Source: Dehalococcoidia bacterium
GTDB lineage: Bacteria > Chloroflexota > Dehalococcoidia > GIF9 > JBFMDU01
NCBI GenBank assembly: GCA_034431935.1
Contig: DAOUCU010000096.1
Location: forward strand, 1 to 60,467
Reading direction: 5' to 3'
DNA: 60,467 nt
Both the position numbers and the translations under genes were made by a program. Of this stretch, positions 33,429-42,690 are shown in pieces. The notes under the pieces were generated by a model. It saw only the letters and a list, made by a program, of their open reading frames with translations, made no database searches and was not told the DNA's origin. Position 1 is the first letter of the stretch. Each line of letters starts with the position of its first letter.

Positions 33429-33735
33429 GAAATATTCAGCAATCTCCTGGGTCCTAAAGCATGATTCTTAACCGGGTGTGTCTGTGTACTGTTTTCGTAC
33501 CAGGCACAGCATGGGAGTGACTGGTGCATCAGCCGGTTGTTGTCGTCATTGGTTACACATGGCTGTGCGGCGGCAAGCCTCAGGTAAGTGGCTGTGGCAA
33601 GGTCTTGCCGGACTATCGAATCATCCGGTCACAGTTACAATGAGGACATCCAATGGAATGGTGCGTCAGCTATTTTTATCGCGGAAGACCTTCACGGTAC
33701 CCGAACTGGCTGCACGAACGGTGTACGAAGCGGTT

Positions 33736-33812
33736 TGGTAGCGCATAGGGGATTCGAACCCCTGATCTCGTCCTTGAGAGGGACGCGTCCTAGGCCGCTA
33801 GACGAATGCGCC
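33736..33812 (-). tRNA. tRNA-Glu (anticodon CUC), CCA encoded
   Basis: Hand-folded cloverleaf: GGCGCAT / GTCT-AGCGGCCTA-GGAC / CGTCC-CTCTCAA-GGACG / AGATC / AGGGG-TTCGAAT-CCCCT / ATGCGCT-A-CCA. 77 nt. Confidence 0.9.
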
Positions 33813-33822
33813 AGGAAGAAAA

Positions 33823-33896
33823 TGGCTGGGGATCCAGGATTCGAACCTGGCCAAGCAGATCCAGAGTCTGCTGTCCTACCGCTAGACGAATCCCCA
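33823..33896 (-). tRNA. tRNA-Gln (anticodon CUG), CCA encoded
   Basis: Hand-folded: TGGGGAT ... GCAGA-CTCTGGA-TCTGC ... CCAGG-TTCGAAT-CCTGG-ATCCCCA-G-CCA. 74 nt. U1-A72 and discriminator G as in bacterial tRNA-Gln. Confidence 0.9.
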
Positions 33897-33907
33897 GCGT
33901 GTGCGAA

Positions 33908-33937
33908 AGGATAGCATACAGCTTGGACAATCGTCAA
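33908..33937 (-). promoter_or_regulatory. Promoter candidate for the tRNA-Gln/tRNA-Glu pair
   Basis: Minus strand: TTGACG (33937..33932), an 18-nt spacer, then TATCCT (33913..33908), 11 nt before the mature tRNA-Gln 5' end. The -35 lies inside the palindrome CAATCGT-CA-ACGATTG (33928..33943). Confidence 0.35.
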
Positions 33938-33958
33938 CGATTGATAGCTGTCCGGCGC

Positions 33959-33987
33959 TTTACAGTAAGGTACGGAAATGGTAGCAT
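33959..33987 (+). promoter_or_regulatory. Promoter candidate for the MFS gene
   Basis: TTTACA (33959..33964), a 17-nt spacer, then TAGCAT (33982..33987). Confidence 0.4.
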
Positions 33988-34035
33988 GGCGTCCTTTGTC
34001 CGTGTTTATGGACGGGCAGAGCACGGGAGCGTTTG

Positions 34036-35268
34036 ATGAAACCCGCCACCGCTATGGCCTGGCTTGGAAATCTGGGGACATTTTCCGCCCTCAAAGTCAA
34101 GGGTTTCCGCAGCTTCTGGCTGGGGTTGCTGGCTATATACTTTGGTGTCCAGTTGCAGTCACTGGCCGCAGCCTGGCTGGCTTATGAATTGACGCACTCA
34201 CCGTTCAAACTGGGAGTGGTGGCGACAGCGTGGGCAGGGCCGGTGGTGCTTTTTTCGATTTTTGGCGGTGTTGCCGCCGACCGTATGTCTAAGAGGGCGG
34301 TTCTCATCTGGAGCCGGCTATGGATAAGCCTGATTACCTTCGCGGTAGCAACTCTGATTGCCACAGGACTGATTGAGTACTGGCACCTTGTGGCTGCCGG
34401 TGTGCTCCTCGGGTTCGGATATGCTTTCAGCATATCGGCTAACCTGGCGATTATCCCCGAGCTGGTGCCGTCAGAGTTGATGCTTAACGCCATCGCGCTG
34501 AACAACGGTGGGTTCAACCTCAGCCGCGTCGCCGGGCCGGCGCTGGCGGGAATTATGATAGGAACGGTGGGGACTGCCGGGGTCTACTACGCGGCGGCAG
34601 CGTGCTACTTCATCGCCATCGGCGTGTTGTGGACCCTGCCGAAGACGGGGTATAAAACGACCGGGCGAGGCCCGCTGTGGGAGTTCATGGCCGAAGGACT
34701 CAGATACGTCTGGGAGAACCGTCCGGTCATGATTCTCATCGCCCTTGAGTTTGTGCTTCTGTTCATCGCCATGCCTTTCCAGAACTTCATGCCGGCTTTT
34801 GCCGAGCGGCTGGGAGTCGAGGCGATGGGCTACGGTTTCCTGGTGGCGATGCTCGGAATTGGTGCTATGGCAGGTTCCCTGGGTGTGGCATCACTGGGCA
34901 ACTTCAGGAAGAAGGGACTGCTCCTCCTTCTGGCGGGCATGGGCTACGGCGTGACTCTGGCGGTCTTCGCCAGTCTGCAATCGTTCGGAGCGGCACTCGG
35001 CTTTCTGGTGCTGGTGGGTATTTCCAGCGCCTCGTATCTGGCGACGAGCAGCACCCTCATCCAGATGAACGTCACCGACGCCATCAGGGGCAGGGTCATG
35101 AGCGTCTATATAACGATTAGCGGTTTCCAGCCGCTTGGTATATTGCCAGTCGGCGCGCTCTCCGAGGTTATAGGAGTATCCACCGCCGTGGCCATCAGCG
35201 GCGGTATCGTTTTTCTCATCATGCTGGCCGGTGTCTTAACCCTGGGCAGCGTCCGACGGCTTCAATAG
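34036..35268 (+). CDS. MFS transporter (EntS/MFS_3-like)
   Basis: 410 aa, about 12 TM segments. GGVAADRMSKR loop motif. ATG at 34036 preferred over the TTG at 34033 (GGGAG 6 nt upstream). Confidence 0.8.
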   Translation: MKPATAMAWLGNLGTFSALKVKGFRSFWLGLLAIYFGVQLQSLAAAWLAYELTHSPFKLGVVATAWAGPVVLFSIFGGVAADRMSKRAVLIWSRLWISLITFAVATLIATGLIEYWHLVAAGVLLGFGYAFSISANLAIIPELVPSELMLNAIALNNGGFNLSRVAGPALAGIMIGTVGTAGVYYAAAACYFIAIGVLWTLPKTGYKTTGRGPLWEFMAEGLRYVWENRPVMILIALEFVLLFIAMPFQNFMPAFAERLGVEAMGYGFLVAMLGIGAMAGSLGVASLGNFRKKGLLLLLAGMGYGVTLAVFASLQSFGAALGFLVLVGISSASYLATSSTLIQMNVTDAIRGRVMSVYITISGFQPLGILPVGALSEVIGVSTAVAISGGIVFLIMLAGVLTLGSVRRLQ

Positions 35269-35276
35269 GCGGGCTA

Positions 35277-35531
35277 CTACTCGGCGGCCCTCTCCAGCTC
35301 GAAGCGGAAGTTCTCGATAACTGTGTTTGCCAGCAGCTTGCGGCACATTTCAGTTACCTGCTCCCGCGCTCGGGCCTCATCGTTCTCCTGAAGGCGTACC
35401 TCGATGTATTTACCGGCGCGGACGCTGGTCACGGTCTGGAAGCCGAGGTTGTGCAGGGCGCCTCTGATGGTGAGGCCTTGAGGGTCGTTCACGGTCGGCT
35501 TGAGGGTGATGTAGCACCTGGCAAGAAACAT
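35277..35531 (-). CDS. purS: Phosphoribosylformylglycinamidine synthase subunit PurS
   Basis: 84 aa. ITLKPTVNDPQGLTIRGALHNLGF is the PurS signature. Confidence 0.85.
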   Translation of the reverse strand: MFLARCYITLKPTVNDPQGLTIRGALHNLGFQTVTSVRAGKYIEVRLQENDEARAREQVTEMCRKLLANTVIENFRFELERAAE

Positions 35532-35532
35532 T

Positions 35533-36435
35533 TTAAGTCACCAGTTCCTTTCCGGTCAGCCGGCGGAAGGCCTCACGGTATCTCTGCGTGGTGGCCTTGA
35601 CTACGTCCGGTGGCAGCGTGGGGGCGGGGGGCTCCTTGTTCCAGCCGGAGGCGACGAGCCAGTCGCGCACCGGCTGTTTGTCGAAGCTGGGCGGTGATAT
35701 TCCGACCCTGTACTGGGCAACGTCCCAGAAACGGCTGGAATCGGGTGTCAGAAGTTCGTCAATCAGGCTTAGTCTGCCGTCGATAAGGCCAAACTCGAAC
35801 TTGGTATCGGCGATGATAATGCCGCGCTGTCTGGCGTAGTTGAGGGCAAATTCATAGACAGAGATAGCTGCTTTCTTGAGGTCGGCCGCAAGCTTTTTGC
35901 CGACCAGTTTATCCATCTGCTCCGGCGTAAGTGGCTCGTCGTGTCCAGCATCAGCCTTGGTGGTCGGTGTGAATAGTGGCTGGGCTAACTGCTGGCTCTC
36001 TTTGAGGTCTGGCGGCATGGCCATGCCTGACACGGTCCCCTTGGATTTGTACTCGGCCCAGGCCGAGCCGGAAATGTAACCGCGGACAACACATTCAACG
36101 GGAATGCGCTCCGCTTTTCTGACAATCATGGCGCGGCCGATTAGGTAATTAGGAGAGGGTGTCTCCGATGGCGCCAGTTCCGCCAGCATTGAGGGGCTGG
36201 TGACGACTTTGACCACGTGATTGGGTATGATATGTGCCGTCTTTTCGAACCAGAAGGCGGAAAGCTGGTTGAGTACGGCGCCTTTATCGGGGATGCCGTT
36301 GGGCAGGACGAAATCGAAGGCTGAAATACGGTCAGTGGCGATAATCAGCAGTCTGTCGCCGAGGTCGTAGGTATCGCGCACCTTGCCGCGGCCGAATAAA
36401 GGAAGGCTTAGATTTGTTTCGACAATAACAGTCAT
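35533..36435 (-). CDS. purC: Phosphoribosylaminoimidazole-succinocarboxamide (SAICAR) synthase
   Basis: 300 aa. GKVRDTYDLGDRLLIIATDRISAFD and IIADTKFEFG motifs. Confidence 0.9.
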   Translation of the reverse strand: MTVIVETNLSLPLFGRGKVRDTYDLGDRLLIIATDRISAFDFVLPNGIPDKGAVLNQLSAFWFEKTAHIIPNHVVKVVTSPSMLAELAPSETPSPNYLIGRAMIVRKAERIPVECVVRGYISGSAWAEYKSKGTVSGMAMPPDLKESQQLAQPLFTPTTKADAGHDEPLTPEQMDKLVGKKLAADLKKAAISVYEFALNYARQRGIIIADTKFEFGLIDGRLSLIDELLTPDSSRFWDVAQYRVGISPPSFDKQPVRDWLVASGWNKEPPAPTLPPDVVKATTQRYREAFRRLTGKELVT

Positions 36436-37742
36436 TTCCGGCCTTTGTTCTCGCCCAGGCCAAGCCGGGCAAAGATTTCATCAATGTGCTTGAGGTAGAA
36501 ATTATAGTCGAAAAGGGCTTCAAGCTCCTTTGCTTTAAGGCGGGCGGTGACATCGTGGTCAGCCTTGAGGAGACCGAGAAATGGCACCCGCTCCTTCCAG
36601 GCTTTCATGGCGTTGCGCTGGACAAGCTCATAAGCCTGTTCTCGTTTGAGTCCCTTCTCGACAAGCGCCAGAAGCACTCTCTGTGAAAAGACGAGGCCCT
36701 GGGTGATTTCCAGATTACGCCGCATGTTTTCAGGATAGACGTTGAGTCCCTTTATGACGCCGGTGAAGATAGAGAGAGCATAGTCAAGAACGAGGCAGGC
36801 ATCGGCCAGGATAACGCGCTCCGTGGAAGAATGGCTGATGTCTCGTTCGTGCCATAGGGCGACGTTTTCCATGGCTGTAACGGCATAGCCCCGGAGGAGC
36901 CGGGCCAGGCCGCAGATGCGCTCGCATAGCTCCGGGTTGCGCTTGTGCGGCATAGCCGATGAGCCGGTCTGCCCGGGGTCGAACGGTTCTTCAGCCTCGA
37001 GAACCTCGGTCTTCTGAAGGGCGCGGATTTCGGTAGCGAACTTTTCGAGGGAGGCGCCGATAATGGCCAGGGTGGTGACGAACTGGGCGTGGCGGTCACG
37101 CTGGATGACCTGGTTGGAGACGGGTGCCGGCGTAAGACCCAGGCGGGCGCAGGCTTTTTCCTCGATTTCAGGCGGCACCGTGGCATAGGTGCCGACGGCG
37201 CCGGATATTTTGCCGACGCTGATAACCTTCGTCGCCTCGGCCAGACGCGCCGCATTGCGCTTCATTTCCTCGACCCAGATGGCCAGCTTGAGCCCGAAGG
37301 TGATCGGCTCGGCATGGACGCCGTGGGTTCGGCCCATCATGATGGTCCTCTTATGCGTGATGGCTTTCTCTTTGAGAGCGGTCAGCAGGTCTTCAATGTC
37401 GGCGGCCAGGATAACTGAGGCCTCTTTCATTTGTAGACTGGTGGCGGTGTCCATGATATCTGATGAGGTCAGACCGAGGTGGATCCACCGTGACTCTTCA
37501 CCGAGGCTTTCGCCCACCGAGCGGAGGAAGGCGGTGACATCGTGGTGGGTTATTTTGAAATATCTAGCATAGAGCTCCGGCGAGAATTTCGCCTTACGGA
37601 GTTTGACCATATCGTCCCCAGGTATGACGCCGAGCTCGGCCCATGCTTCGCAGACGGCGAGTTCGATACGGAGCCATTGCTGGAATTTGTTGTCTTCCGA
37701 CCATACCTGCTTCATGGCCGGTCGGCTGTAGCGCTCGATCAC
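36432..37742 (-). CDS. purB: Adenylosuccinate lyase
   Basis: 436 aa. MIERYSRPAMKQVWSE..., HLGLTSSD, and GSSAMPHKRNP (fumarase/lyase signature). Confidence 0.9.
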   Translation of the reverse strand: MIERYSRPAMKQVWSEDNKFQQWLRIELAVCEAWAELGVIPGDDMVKLRKAKFSPELYARYFKITHHDVTAFLRSVGESLGEESRWIHLGLTSSDIMDTATSLQMKEASVILAADIEDLLTALKEKAITHKRTIMMGRTHGVHAEPITFGLKLAIWVEEMKRNAARLAEATKVISVGKISGAVGTYATVPPEIEEKACARLGLTPAPVSNQVIQRDRHAQFVTTLAIIGASLEKFATEIRALQKTEVLEAEEPFDPGQTGSSAMPHKRNPELCERICGLARLLRGYAVTAMENVALWHERDISHSSTERVILADACLVLDYALSIFTGVIKGLNVYPENMRRNLEITQGLVFSQRVLLALVEKGLKREQAYELVQRNAMKAWKERVPFLGLLKADHDVTARLKAKELEALFDYNFYLKHIDEIFARLGLGENKGRK

Positions 37743-37743
37743 C

Positions 37744-38196
37744 TTAACTTGCCTCCAGTTCCCTCAGGTATTTCTCCTGAGCTTCGGCTATGGATGGGTG
37801 CTTGATCGACAGTATCCGGGCGGCGAGGAGGGCGGCGTTCTTCGAGTTGTTGATGCCTACCGAGCCGACAGGGACACCCGACGGCATCTGAACTATGGAG
37901 TAGAGAGCATCAACTCCTTTGAGCTCGCTGGTGGCCAGGGGTACGCCGATTACGGGTAAATCGGTCCAGCTGGCGATAACACCGGGGAGGTGTGCCGCAC
38001 CACCGGCACCTGCGATAATGACCTCGATTCCCTTGCGTCGGGCGCCCGAGGCGTACTCTTTCACTTTGCCCGGGGTGCGGTGTGCCGACATGATTGACAT
38101 TTCACACTCGATACCTAACTGCTCCAGCATCTTCAGCGCTGGCTGCATGAGCGGTTCATCGGTCTTGCTTCCCATGACTATGCTAACTAGCGGCAT
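37744..38196 (-). CDS. purE: N5-carboxyaminoimidazole ribonucleotide mutase
   Basis: 150 aa. VSIVMGSKTDEP..., SAHRTP, and AGGAAHLPGV motifs. Confidence 0.9.
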   Translation of the reverse strand: MPLVSIVMGSKTDEPLMQPALKMLEQLGIECEMSIMSAHRTPGKVKEYASGARRKGIEVIIAGAGGAAHLPGVIASWTDLPVIGVPLATSELKGVDALYSIVQMPSGVPVGSVGINNSKNAALLAARILSIKHPSIAEAQEKYLRELEAS

Positions 38197-39465
38197 CTAT
38201 TTCACCTCCCTTATGGCAATATCCTTGCGGTAATGGCAACCCTCGAATTGAATGCGGCCGATATTTGAGTATACTTTATCCCTGGCCTGAGCCATACTGT
38301 GTCCGGTGGCAGTTACGGTAAGAACGCGGCCGCCATCGGTGAGTACCTGGTCAGGGCTGTTCCCCACCTTTGTTCCGGCGTGGAAGACCAGTACGTCTCT
38401 GTCAATCGTATCCAGGCCGTTGATCGGCAGGCCGGTGCGGTAATGGCCGGGATAGCCGCCGGAGGCCATGACGACACCGACACAGGCGTCGGATGTCCAG
38501 TCCAGCTTGACTCTGTTCAGCCTGCCTTCTATCACGGCCATGAAGGCGTCAACGATATCGCTCTTCATTCGCGGCAGAATGGCTTGCGTCTCGGGGTCGC
38601 CGAAGCGGGCATTGAATTCAAGGACTCGCATGCCTTTCGGGGTGATCATCAGACCGGCATAGAGCACACCCTTGTAGGGGATGCCTTCTCTGACCAGAGC
38701 TCTGACCGCGGGCTTGAGAATCTTTTCGGTGGCCTCTTCTGCCTCGGCAGTGCCGAAAAAACCGGGCGGGCTGTAACTGCCCATGCCCCCGGTGTTGGGC
38801 CCCTGGTCGCTGTCAAAAACGCGCTTGTAGTCGCAGGCCGGGACGAGCGGAAGTACCGTCTCGCCATCGCTGAAGGCGAGTAAGCTTACCTCGGGGCCAG
38901 TGAGGCACTCTTCGATGATGACCTTCTTGCCGGCATCGCCGAAGACCCTGTCTACCATCGCTTCATAGAGCGCCTTTTGGGCTTCGTCTCTGGTCCGGGC
39001 TACGGTCACCCCTTTGCCGGCGGCAAGTCCGTCAGCCTTGATAACTACCGGGACGGGTTGCGCTTCAAGATACCTTGAGGCCTCGGTGAAGGAGTCGAAG
39101 CTGGCGCCGATGGCGCACGGGATGCCGTACTTCGTCATCACGTTCCTGGAGAAGACCTTGCTGGACTCCATCTGGGCGGCGGCTTTGCTCGGCCCAAAGA
39201 TGGGCAGGCCGTGGCTGTTGAAGAGGTCGACGATGCCGGCGGCCAGGGGGGCTTCCGGCCCGACCACGGTCAGGTCGACCTTATTCTCTCCGGCAAATGT
39301 CAACAGTGATTGGATATCGCCGGCCTTGATAGGTACGTTGGTACCAAGGCGTGCGGTGCCGGCGTTGCCGGGAGCGATGAACACCTGCCCGGCCCTGGGG
39401 CTCTGTGCTATTTTCCAAGCGAGGGCGTGTTCGCGGGCGCCGCCGCCGATGACGAGTATTTTCAA
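38197..39465 (-). CDS. purD: Phosphoribosylamine-glycine ligase
   Basis: 422 aa. MKILVIGGGAREHALAWK N-terminus, ATP-grasp blocks. Confidence 0.9.
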   Translation of the reverse strand: MKILVIGGGAREHALAWKIAQSPRAGQVFIAPGNAGTARLGTNVPIKAGDIQSLLTFAGENKVDLTVVGPEAPLAAGIVDLFNSHGLPIFGPSKAAAQMESSKVFSRNVMTKYGIPCAIGASFDSFTEASRYLEAQPVPVVIKADGLAAGKGVTVARTRDEAQKALYEAMVDRVFGDAGKKVIIEECLTGPEVSLLAFSDGETVLPLVPACDYKRVFDSDQGPNTGGMGSYSPPGFFGTAEAEEATEKILKPAVRALVREGIPYKGVLYAGLMITPKGMRVLEFNARFGDPETQAILPRMKSDIVDAFMAVIEGRLNRVKLDWTSDACVGVVMASGGYPGHYRTGLPINGLDTIDRDVLVFHAGTKVGNSPDQVLTDGGRVLTVTATGHSMAQARDKVYSNIGRIQFEGCHYRKDIAIREVK

Positions 39466-39478
39466 CTGAAGCGCTCCG

Positions 39479-41137
39479 TTACTCCCACTCTATGGTGGAA
39501 GGCGGTTTGCTGGTGATGTCGTAGACGACCCGGTTGACGCCGGGGACTTCGTTGACGATGCGGTTGGAGATGCGGCCGAGGAGTTCGTAAGGCAAGTGCG
39601 CCCAGTCGGCAGTCATGGCGTCCTCGCTAGTGACGGCACGGACGCCGACAAGGTAGCCGTAAGTGCGGGAGTCGCCCATAACGCCGACACTCTTGACGTC
39701 GGTAAGAACGGCGAAGCTTTGCCAGAGCTGGCGGTAGAGCTTGGCCTTCTTGATTTCGTTCATGACAATCCAGTCGGCAGCGCGCAGGATTTCCAGCTTA
39801 TCTTTGGTGACCTCGCCGATGATGCGGATAGCAAGACCGGGACCGGGGAAAGGCTGGCGCCATACCATTTCTTCGGGCAGACCGAGGGCGAGGCCCACCT
39901 CGCGTACCTCGTCCTTGAAAAGGTAGCGGAGAGGCTCAATCAGAGTGAGCTTCATCTGGGCGGGAAGACCGCCAACGTTATGGTGTGTCTTGATTTTGGC
40001 GGCGGCCTTGTTTTCGGTGGTGGCGCTTTCGATGACATCCGGGTAAAGAGTGCCCTGCGCAAGGAAATCGACCCTGCCCAGCTTCAGGGCTTCTTCTTCA
40101 AAAACGCGGATGAATTCGTTGCCGACCTGACGGCGCTTGACCTCGGGGTCGGTGATGCCTTTTAGCTGGCGGAGGAAGCGCTCGGTAGCATCGGTGTAGA
40201 CGATATTCATTTTGAGGTTGTTCCGGAAGGTATTCAGGACGCGCTCCGCTTCGTCACGGCGAAGCAGGCCATTGTTGACGAAGATGCAGGTGAGTTGGTC
40301 GCCGACTGCCTGATGGATGATGGTCGCGGTTACGGAAGAGTCAACGCCGCCCGACAGGGCGCATACAACCTTGCCGTTCTTGACCTGCTCGCGGATGCGG
40401 GTGATGCTTTCCTGGACGAAGTTAGCCGGCGTCCAGTTGCCTCTGCAACCGCAGACTCTATAGAGGAAATTCTGAATTATGTTCTTACCCAGCGGCGTAT
40501 GGACAACTTCGGGGTGGAACTGAATGCCGAAGATGCGGTTGTCTTTACCCATTACGGCGATCGGTGAGTTGTCGGTGTGACCGAGCGACTGGAATCCCGG
40601 CGGCATACGGGTAACAAGGTCGCCGTGGCTCATCCAGACGAGCATCGATGGCGGCAACCCGGCGAACAGAGGCGAATCGGTGTTCAGGTGGAGCATAGCC
40701 TGGCCGTATTCGTGCTTGGCCCCCGGGGCTACCTGCCCGCCCAGTTGCTGGGCAAGAAGCTGGTTGCCATAGCAGATGCCGAGGATGGGCAGGCCGCTTT
40801 CGTAGATTTTGAGCGGTGCCAGAGGCGCGCCCTCAGCATAGACGCTGGCGGGGCCGCCGGACAGGATGAAGCCGCGCGGCTTAAGGGCCATGACCTGTTC
40901 CCAGGGTGTTTCCGGAGGGAGTAGTTCGCAGTACACGTGGCACTCACGGACACGCCGCGCAATCAGCATGGCGTATTGCGAACCGAAGTTGTAGACGATG
41001 ACGGTCTCTTTTTCGGTCGGGTGGATTGGTTGAGTGACCGGCCGTTCGCCGCGGCGCTCCTTGGCTATCTCAAGGTACGCCGACACTTCGATGTCATCAC
41101 TGGTAGCAATACGGCGGGTATCCGGCTGGTTGGTCAT
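39479..41137 (-). CDS. guaA: GMP synthase (glutamine-hydrolysing), with an N-terminal extension of about 45 aa
   Basis: 552 aa. GATase domain ([13 protein letters not shown]), ATP-PPase SGGVDSS, C-terminal PPSTIEWE. No alternative start codon lies near the conserved [10 protein letters not shown] block. Confidence 0.9.
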   Translation of the reverse strand: MTNQPDTRRIATSDDIEVSAYLEIAKERRGERPVTQPIHPTEKETVIVYNFGSQYAMLIARRVRECHVYCELLPPETPWEQVMALKPRGFILSGGPASVYAEGAPLAPLKIYESGLPILGICYGNQLLAQQLGGQVAPGAKHEYGQAMLHLNTDSPLFAGLPPSMLVWMSHGDLVTRMPPGFQSLGHTDNSPIAVMGKDNRIFGIQFHPEVVHTPLGKNIIQNFLYRVCGCRGNWTPANFVQESITRIREQVKNGKVVCALSGGVDSSVTATIIHQAVGDQLTCIFVNNGLLRRDEAERVLNTFRNNLKMNIVYTDATERFLRQLKGITDPEVKRRQVGNEFIRVFEEEALKLGRVDFLAQGTLYPDVIESATTENKAAAKIKTHHNVGGLPAQMKLTLIEPLRYLFKDEVREVGLALGLPEEMVWRQPFPGPGLAIRIIGEVTKDKLEILRAADWIVMNEIKKAKLYRQLWQSFAVLTDVKSVGVMGDSRTYGYLVGVRAVTSEDAMTADWAHLPYELLGRISNRIVNEVPGVNRVVYDITSKPPSTIEWE

Positions 41138-41225
41138 GGGAACGCTCCTGTGAAGGTATACTAAAATGTATCACGTGGGGTGTCTTTTGCCAAGGGGATG
41201 GCAGGCTAGAAGGCGCTGGTCCGTA

Positions 41226-41476
41226 CTAGGTCTTTCCGGCATCCCAAATTTGCTTGACGGCATAGCCGCGGTTAAGCAGGCTAAGGTCGCGGAACTCAAT
41301 CTTGGAAGGTGTGACTTTAATAATGGTCTCCGCTCCATTGGCATTTTGTCTGTGGGGCGGCCCAGCGCTTTGTAGTAGGGTTTCCAGTCGCAGGCGTCGA
41401 GGGCATCGAGATACTTTGTGTGACCACTGGTGACCAACTCGGCGCGGCCGGTCATCTGGATACCTTTGACGTCTTT
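41226..41476 (-). pseudogene. Possible truncated and frameshifted remnant of a pyridoxamine-5'-phosphate-oxidase-like (split-barrel flavoprotein) gene
   Basis: Frame 1: (stop)KDVKGIQMTGRAELVTSGHTKYLDALDACDWKPYYKALG. Frame 2 continues ...NANGAETIIKVTPSKIEFRDLSLLNRGYAVKQIWDAGKT*. Together they resemble the C-terminal half of that fold. The N-terminal half is missing. Confidence 0.3.
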
Positions 41477-41548
41477 TTACATAGTTCAGGCAATAACTTG
41501 AGTTGCCGCTGTGACACACTATCAGGCTGTGTTATACTTGCCCCTACG

Positions 41549-42172
41549 ATGGGAGGTCAGCTGGAAAAGGCCATCGCCATTCTTTGCCGGGGCGGTGTTA
41601 TCGTTTTTCCGACGGACACCGTTTACGGACTTGGCGCTGACCCGCGTAGTGAAAAGGCCGTGGGCCGTATCTACGAGATAAAAGGCCGACCCGCAGGCAT
41701 GGCTTTGCCACTACTGGCCTGTGGTATCCGGCAGGCTTCGGCAGTGGCGGTCATGACTGACCTGGGACGGCGGCTGGCAAAAAGCTTCTGGCCAGGCGCG
41801 CTGACGCTTGTATTGCCTCGGGCTTCGGGTTTTCCCGGATATGTTAGCGCTGGCCGGGATACGGTGGCGGTGCGCGTGCCCCGGCATCGGATACCGGCGG
41901 CTCTGGCGAGGGGGCTGGGGGTGCCGGTGATAGGCACTAGCGCCAACCTCAGCGGACAGCCGAGTGCCAGGACCGCCGATGAGGCTATCCGGCAACTGGC
42001 GGGACTGGTTGATGGGATAATCGATCTTGGTCCATGCCCCGGCGGCATCGAGTCCACTGTGGTGGATGCGACCGGTGACAGGCCGGTCGTTCTAAGGCGT
42101 GGGGCGGTATCCGATGAGGCGATTGATTTGGTTCTAGAAGACAGAGGTGGGAGGCAAAAGACATGCGCGTAG
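41549..42172 (+). CDS. tsaC: L-threonylcarbamoyladenylate synthase (Sua5/YrdC/YwlC family, short form)
   Basis: Start taken at ATG 41549 (MGGQLEKAIAILCRGGVIVFPTDTVYGLGADP...). GTSANLSGQPS motif. Confidence 0.8.
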   Translation: MGGQLEKAIAILCRGGVIVFPTDTVYGLGADPRSEKAVGRIYEIKGRPAGMALPLLACGIRQASAVAVMTDLGRRLAKSFWPGALTLVLPRASGFPGYVSAGRDTVAVRVPRHRIPAALARGLGVPVIGTSANLSGQPSARTADEAIRQLAGLVDGIIDLGPCPGGIESTVVDATGDRPVVLRRGAVSDEAIDLVLEDRGGRQKTCA

Positions 42173-42618
42173 CGCTTGGATGCGACCACAGGGGACTGGT
42201 GTTGAAACAGGCGGTGATCAGGCTTCTTGGCGAGATGGGGTATGAGTTCAAAGATTATGGGTCTTTTGACACAGTTTCAGTGGACTATCCGGACATAGCT
42301 GTTCAGGTGGGCCGCGCCGTGGTATCCGGCCTGGCTGATTATGGGGTATTGGTATGCAGTAGCGGGATCGGGATGAGTATTGCCGCCAACAAGGTAAAGG
42401 GAGTGCGGGCGGCCTTGTGCGGCGATATGCTCAGCGCCCGGCGTGCCCGTCTGCATAACGATGCCAACGTGTTGTGCCTTGGTCAGGACATAATCGGGGA
42501 GGGGCTGGCCATGGAGATAGTGAAGACTTTCCTCTCCACCAGTTTTGAGGGGGGACGGCACGCGCGGCGTCTGGGTAAAGTGCAGGAAATCGAAGCCAGT
42601 TTCCTTGACACGGCATAG
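42163..42618 (+). CDS. rpiB: Ribose-5-phosphate isomerase B
   Basis: 151 aa. MRVALGCDHRG..., VLVCSSGIGMSIAANKVKGVRAA. Confidence 0.85.
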   Translation: MRVALGCDHRGLVLKQAVIRLLGEMGYEFKDYGSFDTVSVDYPDIAVQVGRAVVSGLADYGVLVCSSGIGMSIAANKVKGVRAALCGDMLSARRARLHNDANVLCLGQDIIGEGLAMEIVKTFLSTSFEGGRHARRLGKVQEIEASFLDTA

Positions 42619-42690
42619 GTGCTATGTTACATTTGAGTTTCAGCTTTGCATAGCTACGGGCGCGAACGTGTTTTATGGGGCTGATTAATA

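Noticed and set aside
33343-33735. Possible cobalamin riboswitch in front of the corrinoid-protein operon
   Set aside because: The minus strand contains AGTCCGGCAAGACCTTGCC, which superficially resembles the B12 box (AGYCMGGAGACCKGCC). That string is largely a local palindrome (GGCAAG..CTTGCC). It lies about 255 nt from the start codon, and I could not find the other conserved core elements (GGGAA, GGTG..AATCC, GCCACTG). A covariance-model scan would be needed before this could be claimed.
16080-33896. Classical mobile genomic island at the tRNA-Gln/tRNA-Glu pair
   Set aside because: There is no integrase, transposase, conjugation or phage gene, and I found no direct repeat of a tRNA 3' end in the window. 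Only the deletion scar at 28683..28885 hints at rearrangement.
41171-41455. 94-aa track ORF as an intact gene
   Set aside because: Its second half (…RPTDKMPMERRPLLKSHLPRLSS…) looks like out-of-frame translation. The overlapping frame restores a sensible protein continuation, so the region is better explained as a frameshifted remnant.
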